Origin: Polyangiaceae bacterium | Lineage (GTDB): Bacteria; Myxococcota_A; Polyangia; Polyangiales; Polyangiaceae | Length of the DNA: 64,000 bases | Direction: 5' to 3' | NCBI GenBank assembly: GCA_044222475.1 | Contig: JBGANF010000026.1 | Location: 11,776-75,775 of the forward strand | Part shown: piece after piece, positions 13,051-23,667 of the stretch | Position numbering within the stretch: position 1 is the first letter of the stretch | Layout of the letters: each line of letters starts with the position of its first letter | Made by a program: the position numbers and the translations under genes | The notes under the pieces: model-generated | What the model was told of the DNA's origin: nothing | Seen by the model: only the letters and a program-made list of their open reading frames with translations | Database searches by the model: none

Positions 13051-13770
13051 ATGAAGCTCCACGACTCCACCGTCCTCGTCACCGGTGCAAACCGCGGCCT
13101 CGGCCAGGCGCTCGTCGCCGCGCTGCTCGAGCAGGGCGCGCGCAGGATCTACGCCGCCGCCCGCGACCCGAAGAAGGTCGTCCCGCCTGCCGGAGCGGGC
13201 GATCGCGTCGTCGCGCTCGCCCTCGACGTCACCGATCCCCGCCAGATCGAAGCCGCCGCGGCGCACGCCGAGGGCGTGACGTTGATCCTCAACAACGCCG
13301 GCTCGCTCGCGTCGTTCGGCGTCCTCTCGTCGACGCCGGACGCGCTCGACCAGGACTACCGCACCAACGTGACCGGGCCGCTCCTGGTGGCGCGCGCGTT
13401 CGCGCCGCTGCTCGAGGCGCGCGGCGGAGGCGCCATCGCGAACGTCCTCAGCGTCGTCTCCTTCGCCAGCATGCCCTCGATCGGCGGCTACTCGGCCTCG
13501 AAGGCGGCGGCGTACTCGATCACGCAGTCGCTCCGCGCCGAGCTCGCGCCGAAGAAGATCGCCGTCCACGCGATCTTCCCCGGTCCGGTCGACACCGACA
13601 TGGTCCGCAGGTTCGATCTCGCGAAGACCAAGCCCGAGCTCGTCGCGCAGGCGATCCTCCGCGGGATCGCCGAAGGTCGCGACGACATCTTCCCCGATCC
13701 CATGTCGGAGCAGGTGCACGCGTCGTGGGCGCGTGACCCGGCCGCCGTCGCGCGTCAGTTCGCCGGCTGA
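13051..13770 (+). CDS. Short-chain dehydrogenase/reductase
   Basis: TGANRGLG, NNAG, YSASKAA. Confidence 0.93.
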   Translation: MKLHDSTVLVTGANRGLGQALVAALLEQGARRIYAAARDPKKVVPPAGAGDRVVALALDVTDPRQIEAAAAHAEGVTLILNNAGSLASFGVLSSTPDALDQDYRTNVTGPLLVARAFAPLLEARGGGAIANVLSVVSFASMPSIGGYSASKAAAYSITQSLRAELAPKKIAVHAIFPGPVDTDMVRRFDLAKTKPELVAQAILRGIAEGRDDIFPDPMSEQVHASWARDPAAVARQFAG

Positions 13771-13773
13771 CGC

Positions 13774-16059
13774 TCAGTTCGTCCGGCAGCGCGCGAGGAG
13801 CCGCTTCGTTCCATCCGCGCGCCCTCCCGCCGATCCTCGGAACGGATCGCCGTCCGTGCCGAGGATCGCGCGCAGCTTCTCGACCGCGGCGCGATCGCCG
13901 AGGGCGCACGCGCACACCGCGCGCTGCCGAAACGCCTCGCGCCGCGCGCGCTGCGGAACCGCCCCTTCCGGAGACGAAAGGACGCGATCGAAGCGAACCG
14001 CCGCGTCGGCCCAGTAGCCGCGCTGCACCAAGTTCTTCCCCACGAGGTACGACGGCAGCGGCGCGCCGGACGACGTCGCCTCCCATGCGGTGAGGAGCCC
14101 GAGCGCCATGTTGCCGTCCGCCGGGTGCTCCTTTTCGCCGATGAGCAGCATCGCGACCGGGCGGCGCGCGTCGGGGTCGCGCGCGGCGAGCGCCTTCACC
14201 TCGAGCGTGCGCGCGGTGTCCTCGTCCGGGATCTCGCGCGCGAGCTCGCCGTACGCGATCGCGGCCGCCTCCCCCTGCCCGTCCAGCAGGTCCTGATCGG
14301 CCAGCGCTTCGCGGGCCTTGTGCCGCACCGAGAGCGTCGTCGTCTCGTCCGCGGCGAGCTCGCGGAGCGCGGCGCGACCGGCGTCGCGTTCGCCGAAGCG
14401 AGCCTCCATGCCCGCGCGCGACAGCTGCGCGTTCCACTCGTGGGGGTCGCGCGCGAGGACGGTCGCGTACAGACGGCGCGCGTCGTCGAGGCGGCGTGCG
14501 TCGCGGCACGAGTCGGCTTCGCGCTTCAGCGCGTCGACCTCGTGCGGGCATCGCCGCCCCCAGATGCTCGGGCGCTCGAACTTCGACTGCACGTACGAGT
14601 CGGCGGCGGGGAGCAGCGGCGTCGCCTCGAGGTGGGCGCGGAACTCGCCGTCGAGCGCGTCGATGCTCTTGCCGTAGACGCCCTCGACGGTGCCTCCCGC
14701 GTACCAGGCGCGCATCTTCTCCATCCCGTACGTCTGCTCGAGGAAGCGAACGAACGCCCCGGCGAGCGTGTAGCTCTTCGCCGCCGATCCGGCGAGGAAC
14801 CCCGTACCAAAGAGGGACCGCATCGGCGGCAAGGTCTTGCGCGCGAGCATCGCGCGGGCCCACGTCTCGTCGGTGAGCTCGTCGTCGTCGGGCGACGCCG
14901 CGACCGCGACGCCCTCGATGAGGCCCGGGTTCGGGATCAGCCCGCCCGCCTCGCCGGCGACCTTGAACGGACCGTTGCCGAATCGACCGGCCACGACGTG
15001 GGCGATCTCGTGTCCCAACACGGGATGCGGGTAGCTCGCGAGCTGGAGGTAGACCTCGTCGCGCCAGGGCTTCGCGATGTACGTGTCGGCCGCGCCCATC
15101 AGGCGCTTCTTGTCGGCCGAGTCGCGGAAGAAGAACGCGGTGAGCCGCTCGGGCCCGCGGACGCCGAAGTGGGCCTCGACCTCCGCGAGCTCCTCCTCGC
15201 AATCCTTGAGGACCAACGCGGCTTCGTCGTCGCGGAGCGACGTCGGGTAGATCACCGTGCAGCGCGCGCCGTCCTTCCGGGCGCCGAGATCCTTCGCGAT
15301 GCTCGCCGCCGTCGACCAGTGGCCGAGGCGCACGCCGGACGCGGTGAGGGTGACCGTGCCCACGAGCGCGACGGCCGTGAGGAGCGCGCGCAACCGATGG
15401 CGCGGCGCGAGCACCGGGACCTTGCGCAGCCGCCCACCCGACCGGCGCAGCAGCGACGCGAACGCGAACCCGAAGACGAGCGTCGCCGTCGTACCAAGTC
15501 GGTACCACAGGAGCGCCGGCCCCGGCTCGACGACGGTGTCGTAGAGGGTGCCGCTGAAGTACCCGACGAACGGATCGTACGCGTAGATCATCGGCGACGT
15601 CGCGAACCGGCCGACGCTGATCAGCGCCGACGCGAGCGGCCCGGCGAAGGCGAGCAGCACCGCGACGGTCTTGCGGAAGCGCCGGCCGCGCGCGACCTCG
15701 CCCACGACCACGCCCCAAAGGCCGGCCAGCGCCGCGCCGAAGCCGGCGGTGAGCGCGAAGTACGCGAGCCCACCCCAGAGGTCGCACGTCCCCACCCGCA
15801 GCCCGTGAAGCAGCCCGATCACCACCGCGACGAGCGCGACGATCAGGCCCGAGCCGACTCCGCTCCGAACCGCGGCGCCGGGGCGCGGCGCGCGCGCCGC
15901 GGACAGCGCGAGCGCGCGATCGATGGCGACCGCCGACGGCAGGACGAGGCCGCACGCGAACGAGTACTCGTAGCCGACGCCGCCGAAGAGCGGGAGGAAC
16001 CCGATGGCTCCGGTGACGATCGCCGTGAAGATCGCCGCGCGCAGCGACCCACGAATCAC
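13774..16059 (-). CDS. Multi-TM membrane protein with HExxH gluzincin-like domain and C-terminal TPR-like region
   Basis: About 7 N-terminal TM segments; LGHEIAHVV...LIEGVAV; helical repeats; start overlaps lon stop. Confidence 0.75.
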   Translation of the reverse strand: MIRGSLRAAIFTAIVTGAIGFLPLFGGVGYEYSFACGLVLPSAVAIDRALALSAARAPRPGAAVRSGVGSGLIVALVAVVIGLLHGLRVGTCDLWGGLAYFALTAGFGAALAGLWGVVVGEVARGRRFRKTVAVLLAFAGPLASALISVGRFATSPMIYAYDPFVGYFSGTLYDTVVEPGPALLWYRLGTTATLVFGFAFASLLRRSGGRLRKVPVLAPRHRLRALLTAVALVGTVTLTASGVRLGHWSTAASIAKDLGARKDGARCTVIYPTSLRDDEAALVLKDCEEELAEVEAHFGVRGPERLTAFFFRDSADKKRLMGAADTYIAKPWRDEVYLQLASYPHPVLGHEIAHVVAGRFGNGPFKVAGEAGGLIPNPGLIEGVAVAASPDDDELTDETWARAMLARKTLPPMRSLFGTGFLAGSAAKSYTLAGAFVRFLEQTYGMEKMRAWYAGGTVEGVYGKSIDALDGEFRAHLEATPLLPAADSYVQSKFERPSIWGRRCPHEVDALKREADSCRDARRLDDARRLYATVLARDPHEWNAQLSRAGMEARFGERDAGRAALRELAADETTTLSVRHKAREALADQDLLDGQGEAAAIAYGELAREIPDEDTARTLEVKALAARDPDARRPVAMLLIGEKEHPADGNMALGLLTAWEATSSGAPLPSYLVGKNLVQRGYWADAAVRFDRVLSSPEGAVPQRARREAFRQRAVCACALGDRAAVEKLRAILGTDGDPFRGSAGGRADGTKRLLARCRTN
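14804..14818. repeat. Dispersed palindrome GTMCC-N5-GGKAC, copy 3
   Basis: GTACC AAAGA GGGAC inside CDS. Confidence 0.8.
15491..15505. repeat. Dispersed palindrome GTMCC-N5-GGKAC, copy 4
   Basis: GTACC AAGTC GGTAC inside CDS. Confidence 0.8.
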
Positions 16060-18443
16060 GGCCCGCCTACGACGGGCTCGCTTTCAGGATCGGGTGGAGG
16101 CGGCGGCGCGGAGATGGGGGGCGCGAGCACGAGCGAGAGCACCTCGTCGACGCGCTTCACGAGGTGGACCTCGAGGTTGTCGCGAACGTCCTTCGGGACG
16201 TCGTCGAGGTCGCGCTCGTTCTTCGCCGGGACGAGCACGGTCTTGATGCCGGCGCGGTGAGCCGCGAGGAGCTTCTCTTTGATCCCGCCGACGGGGAGCA
16301 CGTTTCCGCGCAAGGTGAGCTCCCCGGTCATCGCGACGTCGCGCTTGACCGGCGCGCCGAGGAGCAGCGACGCGACGGCGCTGAAGATCGCGATGCCCGC
16401 GCTCGGACCGTCCTTCGGGGTCCCGCCCTTGGGGAAGTGGATGTGCAGGTCGATCGACTTCAGGAACTCGGGATCGAGGTGGAGCCGCTCGGCGCGGCTG
16501 CGGATGAACGACACCGCGGCCTGAGCCGACTCCTCCATCACGCTCTTCAGGTTTCCGGTGATCGCGACGCCGCCCTTGCCGGGCATCTTCGTCGCCTCGA
16601 TGAACAGGATGTCTCCGCCGGACGGCGTCCACGCGAGGCCGGTGGCCACGCCGGGCTGCATCTCGCGCTCGGCGAGGTCGGGCACGTGGCGCGGCGGGCC
16701 CAGCACCTTCTCGACGAACTCGCGGTTGGCCTTCTCGTGCACGTCCTCGCCGGAGGCGAGCCGCATCGCGACCGCGCGGCACACCGCGCCGATCTCGCGC
16801 TCGAGCCCGCGCACGCCGGCTTCACGGGTGTAGCTGTCGACGATGGCCTCGATGCCGTCGTCCTCGAAGTCGAGCCGCTCGTCGGTCAAGCCGTGGCTCG
16901 CGAGCTGCTTCGGGATCAGGTGCTGCGACGCGATGCTCTTCTTCTCGCGGCGGGTGTACCCCGGGACCTCGATGACCTCGAGCCGGTCCCACAAGGGGGC
17001 CGGGATCGTGTCCGGGTTGTTCGCGGTCGCGAGGAACGTGACCTGCGAGAGATCGAACGGCGTGTCGATGTAGTGGTCCTGGAAGGTGTTGTTCTGCGCG
17101 GGGTCGAGCACCTCGAGCAGGGCGGCCGCCGGGTCGCCCATCATGTCGACGCCCATCTTGTCGACCTCGTCGAGGACGAACACCGGGTTCTTCACGCCGA
17201 TCTTCTTGAGGCCCTGGAGGATGCGACCCGGGAGCGCGCCGACATAGGTGCGGCGGTGACCGCGGATCTCGGCCTCGTCGCGGACGCCGCCGAGGGCGAT
17301 GCGGTGGTAGCGACGCCCCATCGAGCGCGCGATCGACCGGCCGAGCGACGTCTTGCCGACGCCGGGGGGTCCGATGAAGCAGAGGATCGGCCCCTTCTTG
17401 TCGGCCCGGAGCTTCCGCACCGCGATGTACTCGACGATGCGCTTCTTCACCTTGTCGAGGCCGTAGTGATCCTCGTCGAGGCAGCGCCGCACGTCTTCGA
17501 CGTCGAGCTTGTCTTGGGTGACCTTCGACCACGGCAGATCGGAGAGCCACTCGACGTAGTTGCGCGTCACGTTGTACTCGGCGCTCTGCTGCGCCATGCC
17601 GGCGAGGCGCGAGAGCTGCTTCTTCGCGATCTTCATCGCGTCTTCGGGGAGCTGAGCCTTGCGGATGCGCTCCCGGAGCGCCTCGACCTCGTCGTCCTCG
17701 CTCGCCTCGCCGAGCTCTTCGCGGATGCTGCGGAGCTGCTGGCGAAGGATCTGCTCGCGCTGGGCCTTGCCTTCGTCGGCGACGAGGGTCGAGACCTCTT
17801 GCCGGACGCGCAGCATGTCGAGCTGGCGCTGGATCATCGCGAGCACGACGCGCACGCGCGCCTTCGCGTCGAACGTCTCGAGGACCTTCTGTTTGTCGGC
17901 GACCGAGGCCTGCTCTTGGGTCAGGTTCGACGCGACCAGATCGGCGAGGGCGCCGCTCTCGCGCACGTTGTCGAGGACGGACGCGGTCTCCTTCGGGAGG
18001 CTCGGCGTCAGGGTGAGCACCTCGCGCATGACCTCGCGCAGCTTCGCCCCGAGCGCGTCGAGCTCGGCGTCGCGCTCGAGGTCCTCCGGGATGCGGCGGA
18101 TCTTCGCGGTCATGAACGGCTCGAGCGACGCCTGCGAGATCATCTCGAGGCGGGCGAGCCCGTGGAGGACCACCGAGTAGTTCGACGGACCGATACGGAT
18201 GACCTTGACGACGCGCGCGACGGTACCAATTCGGTACAAGTCGTCGAACATCGGCTCGTCGATCTCGGAGTCCTTCTGGCTCACGATCCCGACGACGGCG
18301 CGCTCCTTCTCGAGCAGCTCCTCGACGAGGCGCACGCTCCGCGCGCGGCCGACGTTGATCGGCACGACGCTCGCGGGAAAGACGACGCTGTTGCGAAGCG
18401 GGAGGAGGGGGAGTGTTTCGGGGGTCCGAGGATCGGAAGTCAC
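16056..18443 (-). CDS. lon: ATP-dependent protease La (Lon)
   Basis: [14 protein letters not shown]-domain, [24 protein letters not shown], catalytic DGPSAG and GGIKEK. Confidence 0.97.
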   Translation of the reverse strand: MTSDPRTPETLPLLPLRNSVVFPASVVPINVGRARSVRLVEELLEKERAVVGIVSQKDSEIDEPMFDDLYRIGTVARVVKVIRIGPSNYSVVLHGLARLEMISQASLEPFMTAKIRRIPEDLERDAELDALGAKLREVMREVLTLTPSLPKETASVLDNVRESGALADLVASNLTQEQASVADKQKVLETFDAKARVRVVLAMIQRQLDMLRVRQEVSTLVADEGKAQREQILRQQLRSIREELGEASEDDEVEALRERIRKAQLPEDAMKIAKKQLSRLAGMAQQSAEYNVTRNYVEWLSDLPWSKVTQDKLDVEDVRRCLDEDHYGLDKVKKRIVEYIAVRKLRADKKGPILCFIGPPGVGKTSLGRSIARSMGRRYHRIALGGVRDEAEIRGHRRTYVGALPGRILQGLKKIGVKNPVFVLDEVDKMGVDMMGDPAAALLEVLDPAQNNTFQDHYIDTPFDLSQVTFLATANNPDTIPAPLWDRLEVIEVPGYTRREKKSIASQHLIPKQLASHGLTDERLDFEDDGIEAIVDSYTREAGVRGLEREIGAVCRAVAMRLASGEDVHEKANREFVEKVLGPPRHVPDLAEREMQPGVATGLAWTPSGGDILFIEATKMPGKGGVAITGNLKSVMEESAQAAVSFIRSRAERLHLDPEFLKSIDLHIHFPKGGTPKDGPSAGIAIFSAVASLLLGAPVKRDVAMTGELTLRGNVLPVGGIKEKLLAAHRAGIKTVLVPAKNERDLDDVPKDVRDNLEVHLVKRVDEVLSLVLAPPISAPPPPPDPESEPVVGGP
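18223..18237. repeat. Dispersed palindrome GTMCC-N5-GGKAC, copy 5
   Basis: GTACC AATTC GGTAC inside lon. Confidence 0.8.
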
Positions 18444-18493
18444 GACATTTGGGCTATAGCACGCGCGGCGCTTGTGCTACCCATTCCCCACAC

Positions 18494-19159
18494 ATGCGTC
18501 GGTTCGTCCCTCTCGCGCTGGTGGCGGTTTCCTCGCTCGCGCTTGCTTGCGGCGGCGCAAACGCGACCGACCCCGGGTCGACCCTCCGGGACTACGGAAA
18601 GGCCCTCGAGGAGGGCCGCGCCGACGACGCGTACCGGCTCCTGAGCGACGAAGCGCGACGCGGCGTCTCGGTCGAAGCCTTCCGCCGCATGGTGAAGGAC
18701 AACCCGGAGGAGGTGCGCGAGCTCGGCCACTCCCTCGGCCGCCCGACCGCGCGCCCGGTCGTCACCGCCGTCGTCACCGCGCCCGACGGGCAGGATCTCC
18801 ACCTCGTCCTCGAAGACGGCGTGTGGAAGGTCGACGCGTCGGCGGTCGACCTCTACGCCCAGGACACGCCGAAGCACGCGGTCCAGGGCTTCGTGCGCGC
18901 GCTCGAGCGCAAGCGCTACGACGTCGTCCTTCGCTACGTCCCCGAGTCGCATCGCGAGGGCCTCGACGCGGCCAAGCTCAAGGCGGCGTGGGAAGGTGAC
19001 GAGAAGAACAGCGTCGAGCAGCTCGTCGCCGCGCTGAAGCAAGCGCTGCCCACCGCCGCGATCGAAGAAGCGGGCGAGCGCGCGACGATGACGCACGGCG
19101 CGGGCACCCTGCAGCTCGTCCGCGAGCACGGTCTCTGGAAGATCGAGAACTTCGACTGA
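18494..19159 (+). CDS. Hypothetical lipoprotein (two internally similar halves)
   Basis: Lipobox LALAC; halves end in LVLEDGVWKVD and LVREHGLWKIE. Confidence 0.75.
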   Translation: MRRFVPLALVAVSSLALACGGANATDPGSTLRDYGKALEEGRADDAYRLLSDEARRGVSVEAFRRMVKDNPEEVRELGHSLGRPTARPVVTAVVTAPDGQDLHLVLEDGVWKVDASAVDLYAQDTPKHAVQGFVRALERKRYDVVLRYVPESHREGLDAAKLKAAWEGDEKNSVEQLVAALKQALPTAAIEEAGERATMTHGAGTLQLVREHGLWKIENFD

Positions 19160-19163
19160 GACC

Positions 19164-21131
19164 ATGACCGACCTACCCGAAGCCTTGGGGGCCGAGCTCG
19201 TCGCAGCGCTCGAGAAGAAGGGCTACGCCTCGCTCACGCCGGTGCAGCTCGCGGTGCTGCGCCCCGAGCTCGAGGGGCGCGACCTCCGGATCACGTCGCA
19301 GACGGGCTCGGGCAAGACCGTCGCGGTCGGCATCGCGCTCCGCGACGTCGTCAAGGACAAGGAAGCGGGCGCTCCTCGCGCGCTGCTCATCACGCCCACC
19401 CGCGAGCTCGCGAAGCAGGTCGAGCAGGAGCTCCGATGGCTCTACGCGCCGCTCGGCGTCGACGTGACCTCCGTCACCGGCGGCGCGAGCTACCGCGACG
19501 AGTACCGCGCGCTCTCGCGCAAGCCGGCGATCGTCGTCGGTACGCCGGGGCGCCTCCGCGATCACCTCGAGCGCGGCGGTCTCGCGACCGACGCGATCCG
19601 CGCCGTCGTCCTCGACGAAGCGGACCGCATGCTCGACATGGGGTTCAAGGAGGAGATCGACGCGATCCTCGCGAAGGCCCCGAAGGAGCGTCGCACGATC
19701 CTGCTCTCGGCGACGTTCCCTCGCGAGGTCAAGGCCCTCGCCGATCGCGTGCAGCGCGATCCGGCGTTCGTCGAAGGCACGCCCCTCGGCGCGGCCAACA
19801 CCGACATCGAGCACTTGATCCACGTCGTGGCTCCGCGCGATCGGCTCGACGCGATCGTGAACCTCTTGCTCGCCACGCCGGAGGCGCCTTCGCTCATCTT
19901 CGTGCGCACCCGCGCCGACGTGGCGGAGCTCGCCGGATTGTTGCAAGGTGCAGGTTTCTCGATTGGCTCCCTCTCGGGCGACATGGAGCAACCCGAGCGC
20001 GACCGCGCGCTCGCCGCGTTCAAGCGCGGGTCGATCCAGGCGCTCGTCGCGACGGACGTGGCAGCGCGCGGGATCGACGTCCAGGAGATCGGCCGCGTGA
20101 TCCACGCCGAGCCGCCGAACGACGCCGACACGTACACCCACCGAAGCGGCCGCACCGGTCGCGCGGGGCGTCAGGGCATCTCGTCGGTGCTCGCCGCGCC
20201 GGCCGCGATGCGCCGGGTCACCGGGCTGCTCTCGCGCGCGAAGGTTCGCTGGCGCCTCGCGCCCCTGCCCACGGCCGAGGAGCTTCGGGCGAGCGCCGCG
20301 GAGCGCGTCTTCGTGGAGCTCACGAAGGAAGGCACGGACGAGATCGACGAGGCGATCTGGAACCTCGCCAAGCGGCTGGGCAAGGAGGAGGAGTCTCGGA
20401 CGCGGATCCTCGCGCGGCTGCTCGCCAAGGGCAGGCTCTTCGGCGCCGCCGAGCCGCGGGAGGTTCGTACCATTTCGGTACAAGCGGCGGTCGACCGTGG
20501 TCCCCCGCCCCGCCGCGACTTCGAGCGGCCCCGCCGCGAGCATGATGGGCCGCGCCCGCAGCGCGACTACGATGCACCGCGCCGCGAGTGGGGCGCGCCC
20601 CGCCGCGAGGCGGCTCCGCCGGACGCGGCCGGAGCGTCCCAAGACCTACGGTGGACCAAGTTCCGCGTGACGTGGGGCGGCATCCACGGAGCCGATGCAC
20701 GCCGAGTGCTCGCCATGCTGTGCCGGCGTGGCGGCATCCAGGGCACCGACATCGGGGCGATCACGGTGGACCGGAATTTCTCGACGGTCGACGTGTCGAG
20801 CGCGGTCGCCGAGCGATTCGCCGAAGCGGCCGGACGCCCCGATCCGCGAGACCCGCGGGTGAAGGTGTTCCGCGATCGCGCCCCGGGCGAGGGCGCGCCG
20901 CCGATCCCGCCGCCGCGGCGGAGCTCGCGCAAGCTGCCCGAGGCCGAGGCGATCCCGCCGCCGCGACGGAGCTCGCGCAAGCTGCCCGAGGCCACGCCGC
21001 CCGTTCCGCCGCCGCGGAAGAGCGCCCGCAAGCTCGACGCCGGTTCCCCGCGGCCCACGGGACACATGGGCGGCGGGCACGTGGTGCGCCGGCCGAAGAA
21101 GCAGCACCGCAAAGGTCAGCCGCGTTCGTGA
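19164..21131 (+). CDS. DEAD-box RNA helicase with DbpA/DeaD-like C-terminal RNA-binding domain
   Basis: Q motif, SQTGSGKT, PTRELA, TPGR, DEAD, SAT, ARGID, HRSGRTGRAG. Confidence 0.95.
   Translation: MTDLPEALGAELVAALEKKGYASLTPVQLAVLRPELEGRDLRITSQTGSGKTVAVGIALRDVVKDKEAGAPRALLITPTRELAKQVEQELRWLYAPLGVDVTSVTGGASYRDEYRALSRKPAIVVGTPGRLRDHLERGGLATDAIRAVVLDEADRMLDMGFKEEIDAILAKAPKERRTILLSATFPREVKALADRVQRDPAFVEGTPLGAANTDIEHLIHVVAPRDRLDAIVNLLLATPEAPSLIFVRTRADVAELAGLLQGAGFSIGSLSGDMEQPERDRALAAFKRGSIQALVATDVAARGIDVQEIGRVIHAEPPNDADTYTHRSGRTGRAGRQGISSVLAAPAAMRRVTGLLSRAKVRWRLAPLPTAEELRASAAERVFVELTKEGTDEIDEAIWNLAKRLGKEEESRTRILARLLAKGRLFGAAEPREVRTISVQAAVDRGPPPRRDFERPRREHDGPRPQRDYDAPRREWGAPRREAAPPDAAGASQDLRWTKFRVTWGGIHGADARRVLAMLCRRGGIQGTDIGAITVDRNFSTVDVSSAVAERFAEAAGRPDPRDPRVKVFRDRAPGEGAPPIPPPRRSSRKLPEAEAIPPPRRSSRKLPEATPPVPPPRKSARKLDAGSPRPTGHMGGGHVVRRPKKQHRKGQPRS
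20467..20481. repeat. Dispersed palindrome GTMCC-N5-GGKAC, copy 6
   Basis: GTACC ATTTC GGTAC inside helicase CDS. Confidence 0.8.
20903..20993 (+). repeat. 48-nt-period direct repeat encoding IPPPRRSSRKLPEA
   Basis: Two near-identical copies (20903, 20951); a diverged third follows. Confidence 0.85.
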
Positions 21132-21172
21132 GTCGTTGACGGAATCGCGGTGTGCGGCCATCGTCGGAGTGC

Positions 21173-22975
21173 ATGAGAGCGCTCACGTCGGCGGCGGTCG
21201 TCACCGGTTTCACGGTCCTGGTCGCGTGCGTCGGTGACGCCTCGAACCAGCCGTTTCCGGACGGCCCGGGCGTCGACCCGATTCCTGCGCCGAACCTGTT
21301 TCGGCCCGACCTCGGGCCGACGGTCGTTCAGGCGGTGCGGCCGCCCCCCATCTACGGCGGAACGCTCCTCGCCACGACCGACGGTGCGTACGCCATCGCC
21401 GCCGATCCCGACCGCGACCAGATCTTCGTCGTCGACCTGGCGACGAGGAAGCTTCATGCGACGATCGACACCGCACCGGGCGCTCAACCGTTTCGCGTGA
21501 CCGAGAGCACGCCTGGAACCGTCGCCGTCACGCTGCGCGGCACGGGCGAGGTCGTCACGATCGATCTCGCGATGGGCACGACGTCGTGGACCGCGCCCGC
21601 GTGCGTCGAACCGCGCGGCATCGCCTTCGATCCGTCGACGAAGACGTTGGCGATCGCGTGCGAGCGTGGCGAGATCGTCTCGCTCGACGCCGCGACCGGA
21701 TCGAGGGTCGGCGCCGTGACCGTCGAAGCGACCGCCCTGCGCGACATCTTCGTCGTCGAAGGTGACGGGTTCTGGGTCAGCGACTTCCGCCACGTGCGTG
21801 TGCTGCGCGTCGATCCTTCAGGAGTGATCCGGCGGCGGCTCGCCGTGAACTTCGTCTCCGGCAGCACCGCGTGGCGCACGCGCCGCATCGGGACCGACAC
21901 GTTCGCCATCAGCTACCAGATCGCGACGAACGTCGCGCTGCAGACGGCGAAGCCGGGTGGCTACGGCGGAGCGGACTGCAGCACGGGTTCAGTCGTCACC
22001 TCCGTGGTCAGCGTCCTTCACGACAATGGGGGCGTCGCGGACCATCTACTCGGCAACTCGCCGCTCCCCGTCGACGTGGCCTACGCCGCAGCGACCGACC
22101 GCTTCCTCGTCGCGTTCGCCGGAAACTCGTGGAACTCGCAACTGCCGAAGTTCCACGTCCTGGAGCGCTTCAGGACGGACTTGCCCCCTTGCTCGCCGAT
22201 GGGGGCGCCACGGACCAACGGTGAGATCGTCGCTACCGAAATCGGGCCTGGAAACGTGGGCCTCATCCAGAGCCGCGAGCCGGCGACTCTCCAGATCGTC
22301 GATCTCGGGAATCGCAGCCTCATCGACACGATCACGCTCTCGCAGGTGTCGCGACGCGACACGGGGCACATCCTCTTCCACGCGAACTCGGGCCGCGGCA
22401 TCGCTTGCGCCTCCTGCCACCCGGAAGGGGGCGACGACGGCCGCGTCTGGACGTTCACCAACGCGATGCGCGTCGACCGCGAACGTCGCACGCCGTCGCT
22501 GCGCGGTACCATTTTGGGAACGGCGCCGTACCACTGGGACGGCGAGGAGCCCACCCTCGATGCCCTGTTCGACGAGGTCATGAGCAGGCGGATGGATGGC
22601 CCGCCGCTCGACTCGGGTCAGCGCGCCGCCTTCGCGAGCTTCCTTCAGCAGATCCCGGCACCCGGGCGACCCACCGTCGGCAGCGATCCCGCGATCGCCC
22701 GCGGAGACGCGCTGTTCCACGGCGACGGGAAGTGCATCGGCTGTCACGGCGACGCGAAGACGCCGTCGACGGGGCTCTTCGACGTGGGGACCGGCGGAAC
22801 CTTCGGCGCGCCGCCGCTCGTCGGCGTCTCGCTCCGCGCGCCGTTCATGCACGACGGTTGCGCCGGATCGCTCGAGCAGCGCTTCGTGCCGCCCTGCGGA
22901 GGAACGGACCACGGCCCGAAGACGCTCACCGACGAGAACAAGAGCGATCTGGTCGCGTACTTGAAGAGTCTTTAG
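21173..22975 (+). CDS. Lipoprotein: beta-propeller plus di-haem cytochrome c (CCP/MauG-like) domain
   Basis: Lipobox LVAC; YVTN-like propeller; CASCH and CIGCH; TPSL...TAPYHWDG; APFMHDG. Confidence 0.8.
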   Translation: MRALTSAAVVTGFTVLVACVGDASNQPFPDGPGVDPIPAPNLFRPDLGPTVVQAVRPPPIYGGTLLATTDGAYAIAADPDRDQIFVVDLATRKLHATIDTAPGAQPFRVTESTPGTVAVTLRGTGEVVTIDLAMGTTSWTAPACVEPRGIAFDPSTKTLAIACERGEIVSLDAATGSRVGAVTVEATALRDIFVVEGDGFWVSDFRHVRVLRVDPSGVIRRRLAVNFVSGSTAWRTRRIGTDTFAISYQIATNVALQTAKPGGYGGADCSTGSVVTSVVSVLHDNGGVADHLLGNSPLPVDVAYAAATDRFLVAFAGNSWNSQLPKFHVLERFRTDLPPCSPMGAPRTNGEIVATEIGPGNVGLIQSREPATLQIVDLGNRSLIDTITLSQVSRRDTGHILFHANSGRGIACASCHPEGGDDGRVWTFTNAMRVDRERRTPSLRGTILGTAPYHWDGEEPTLDALFDEVMSRRMDGPPLDSGQRAAFASFLQQIPAPGRPTVGSDPAIARGDALFHGDGKCIGCHGDAKTPSTGLFDVGTGGTFGAPPLVGVSLRAPFMHDGCAGSLEQRFVPPCGGTDHGPKTLTDENKSDLVAYLKSL

Positions 22976-22984
22976 CGGCCGATC

Positions 22985-23614
22985 TCACGTCACCCGCGGG
23001 ACCGTGATCTCCGGCGGTCTCACGTAGAACGGCTCGAGCGCGTCGAGGTCGGCGACCGGCGCCCCCCTGCCCGCGCGACCGATCGACACCGCGCGCGGCA
23101 CGTCGTGCGGGCTCTCGGCGTGAAGCGCGACCCCGTCGATCGCGAGCGACCGCCCCGGCGCGCCGACCACCGCGCGGATCGCCCGCGCCTTCGCGCTTTC
23201 ACGCACCGTCTCCAGCGTCGCGTGGCCGGGAGCCTCGCCCGAGAAGCGGAAGTAGACCTCGCCCTTTCCCGCATCCACCAGCGTCACGAACGGCGCCGCG
23301 AGATCGAGCCCGTGCTCGAGCGCATCGAAGCTCGTGATCGCGGCGATCTCGGCGCCGGTCGCGAACGCGATGCCCTTCACCGTCGACACCCCCACCCGCG
23401 TCCCGGTGAACGATCCGGGCCCGACGCCCACCGCCCACCGCGCCACGTCCCTCGGCGCCCACCCGATCTGGCGGAACAGATCGTCGAGCAACCCGAGCAG
23501 CGACTCGCCGTGAGCGTTCATGACGCTGGACTCGCGCTCGCCAACGACTACCCCACCATCGAACGCCGCAACTGTCCCAAGTTGGGACGACGTATCGATG
23601 GCGATCAACCTCAT
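22985..23614 (-). CDS. tsaB: tRNA threonylcarbamoyladenosine biosynthesis protein TsaB
   Basis: IAIDTS, HGESL, GVGPGSFTGTRVG, DAGKGEVY, LEPFYVR. Confidence 0.92.
   Translation of the reverse strand: MRLIAIDTSSQLGTVAAFDGGVVVGERESSVMNAHGESLLGLLDDLFRQIGWAPRDVARWAVGVGPGSFTGTRVGVSTVKGIAFATGAEIAAITSFDALEHGLDLAAPFVTLVDAGKGEVYFRFSGEAPGHATLETVRESAKARAIRAVVGAPGRSLAIDGVALHAESPHDVPRAVSIGRAGRGAPVADLDALEPFYVRPPEITVPRVT
23574..23588. repeat. Dispersed palindrome GTMCC-N5-GGKAC, copy 7
   Basis: GTCCC AAGTT GGGAC inside tsaB. Confidence 0.8.
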
Positions 23615-23633
23615 CTCTGTCTCTCGGCTCCAG

Positions 23634-23667
23634 CCCCTGGCGCGCCTGGCGCCCTGGCGTTCCTCTC
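23634..23667. repeat. REP-like (CCTGGCG)3 element, single arm
   Basis: CCCCTGGCGCGCCTGGCGCCCTGGCGTTCCTCTC, nearly identical to 54513-54546. Confidence 0.75.
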
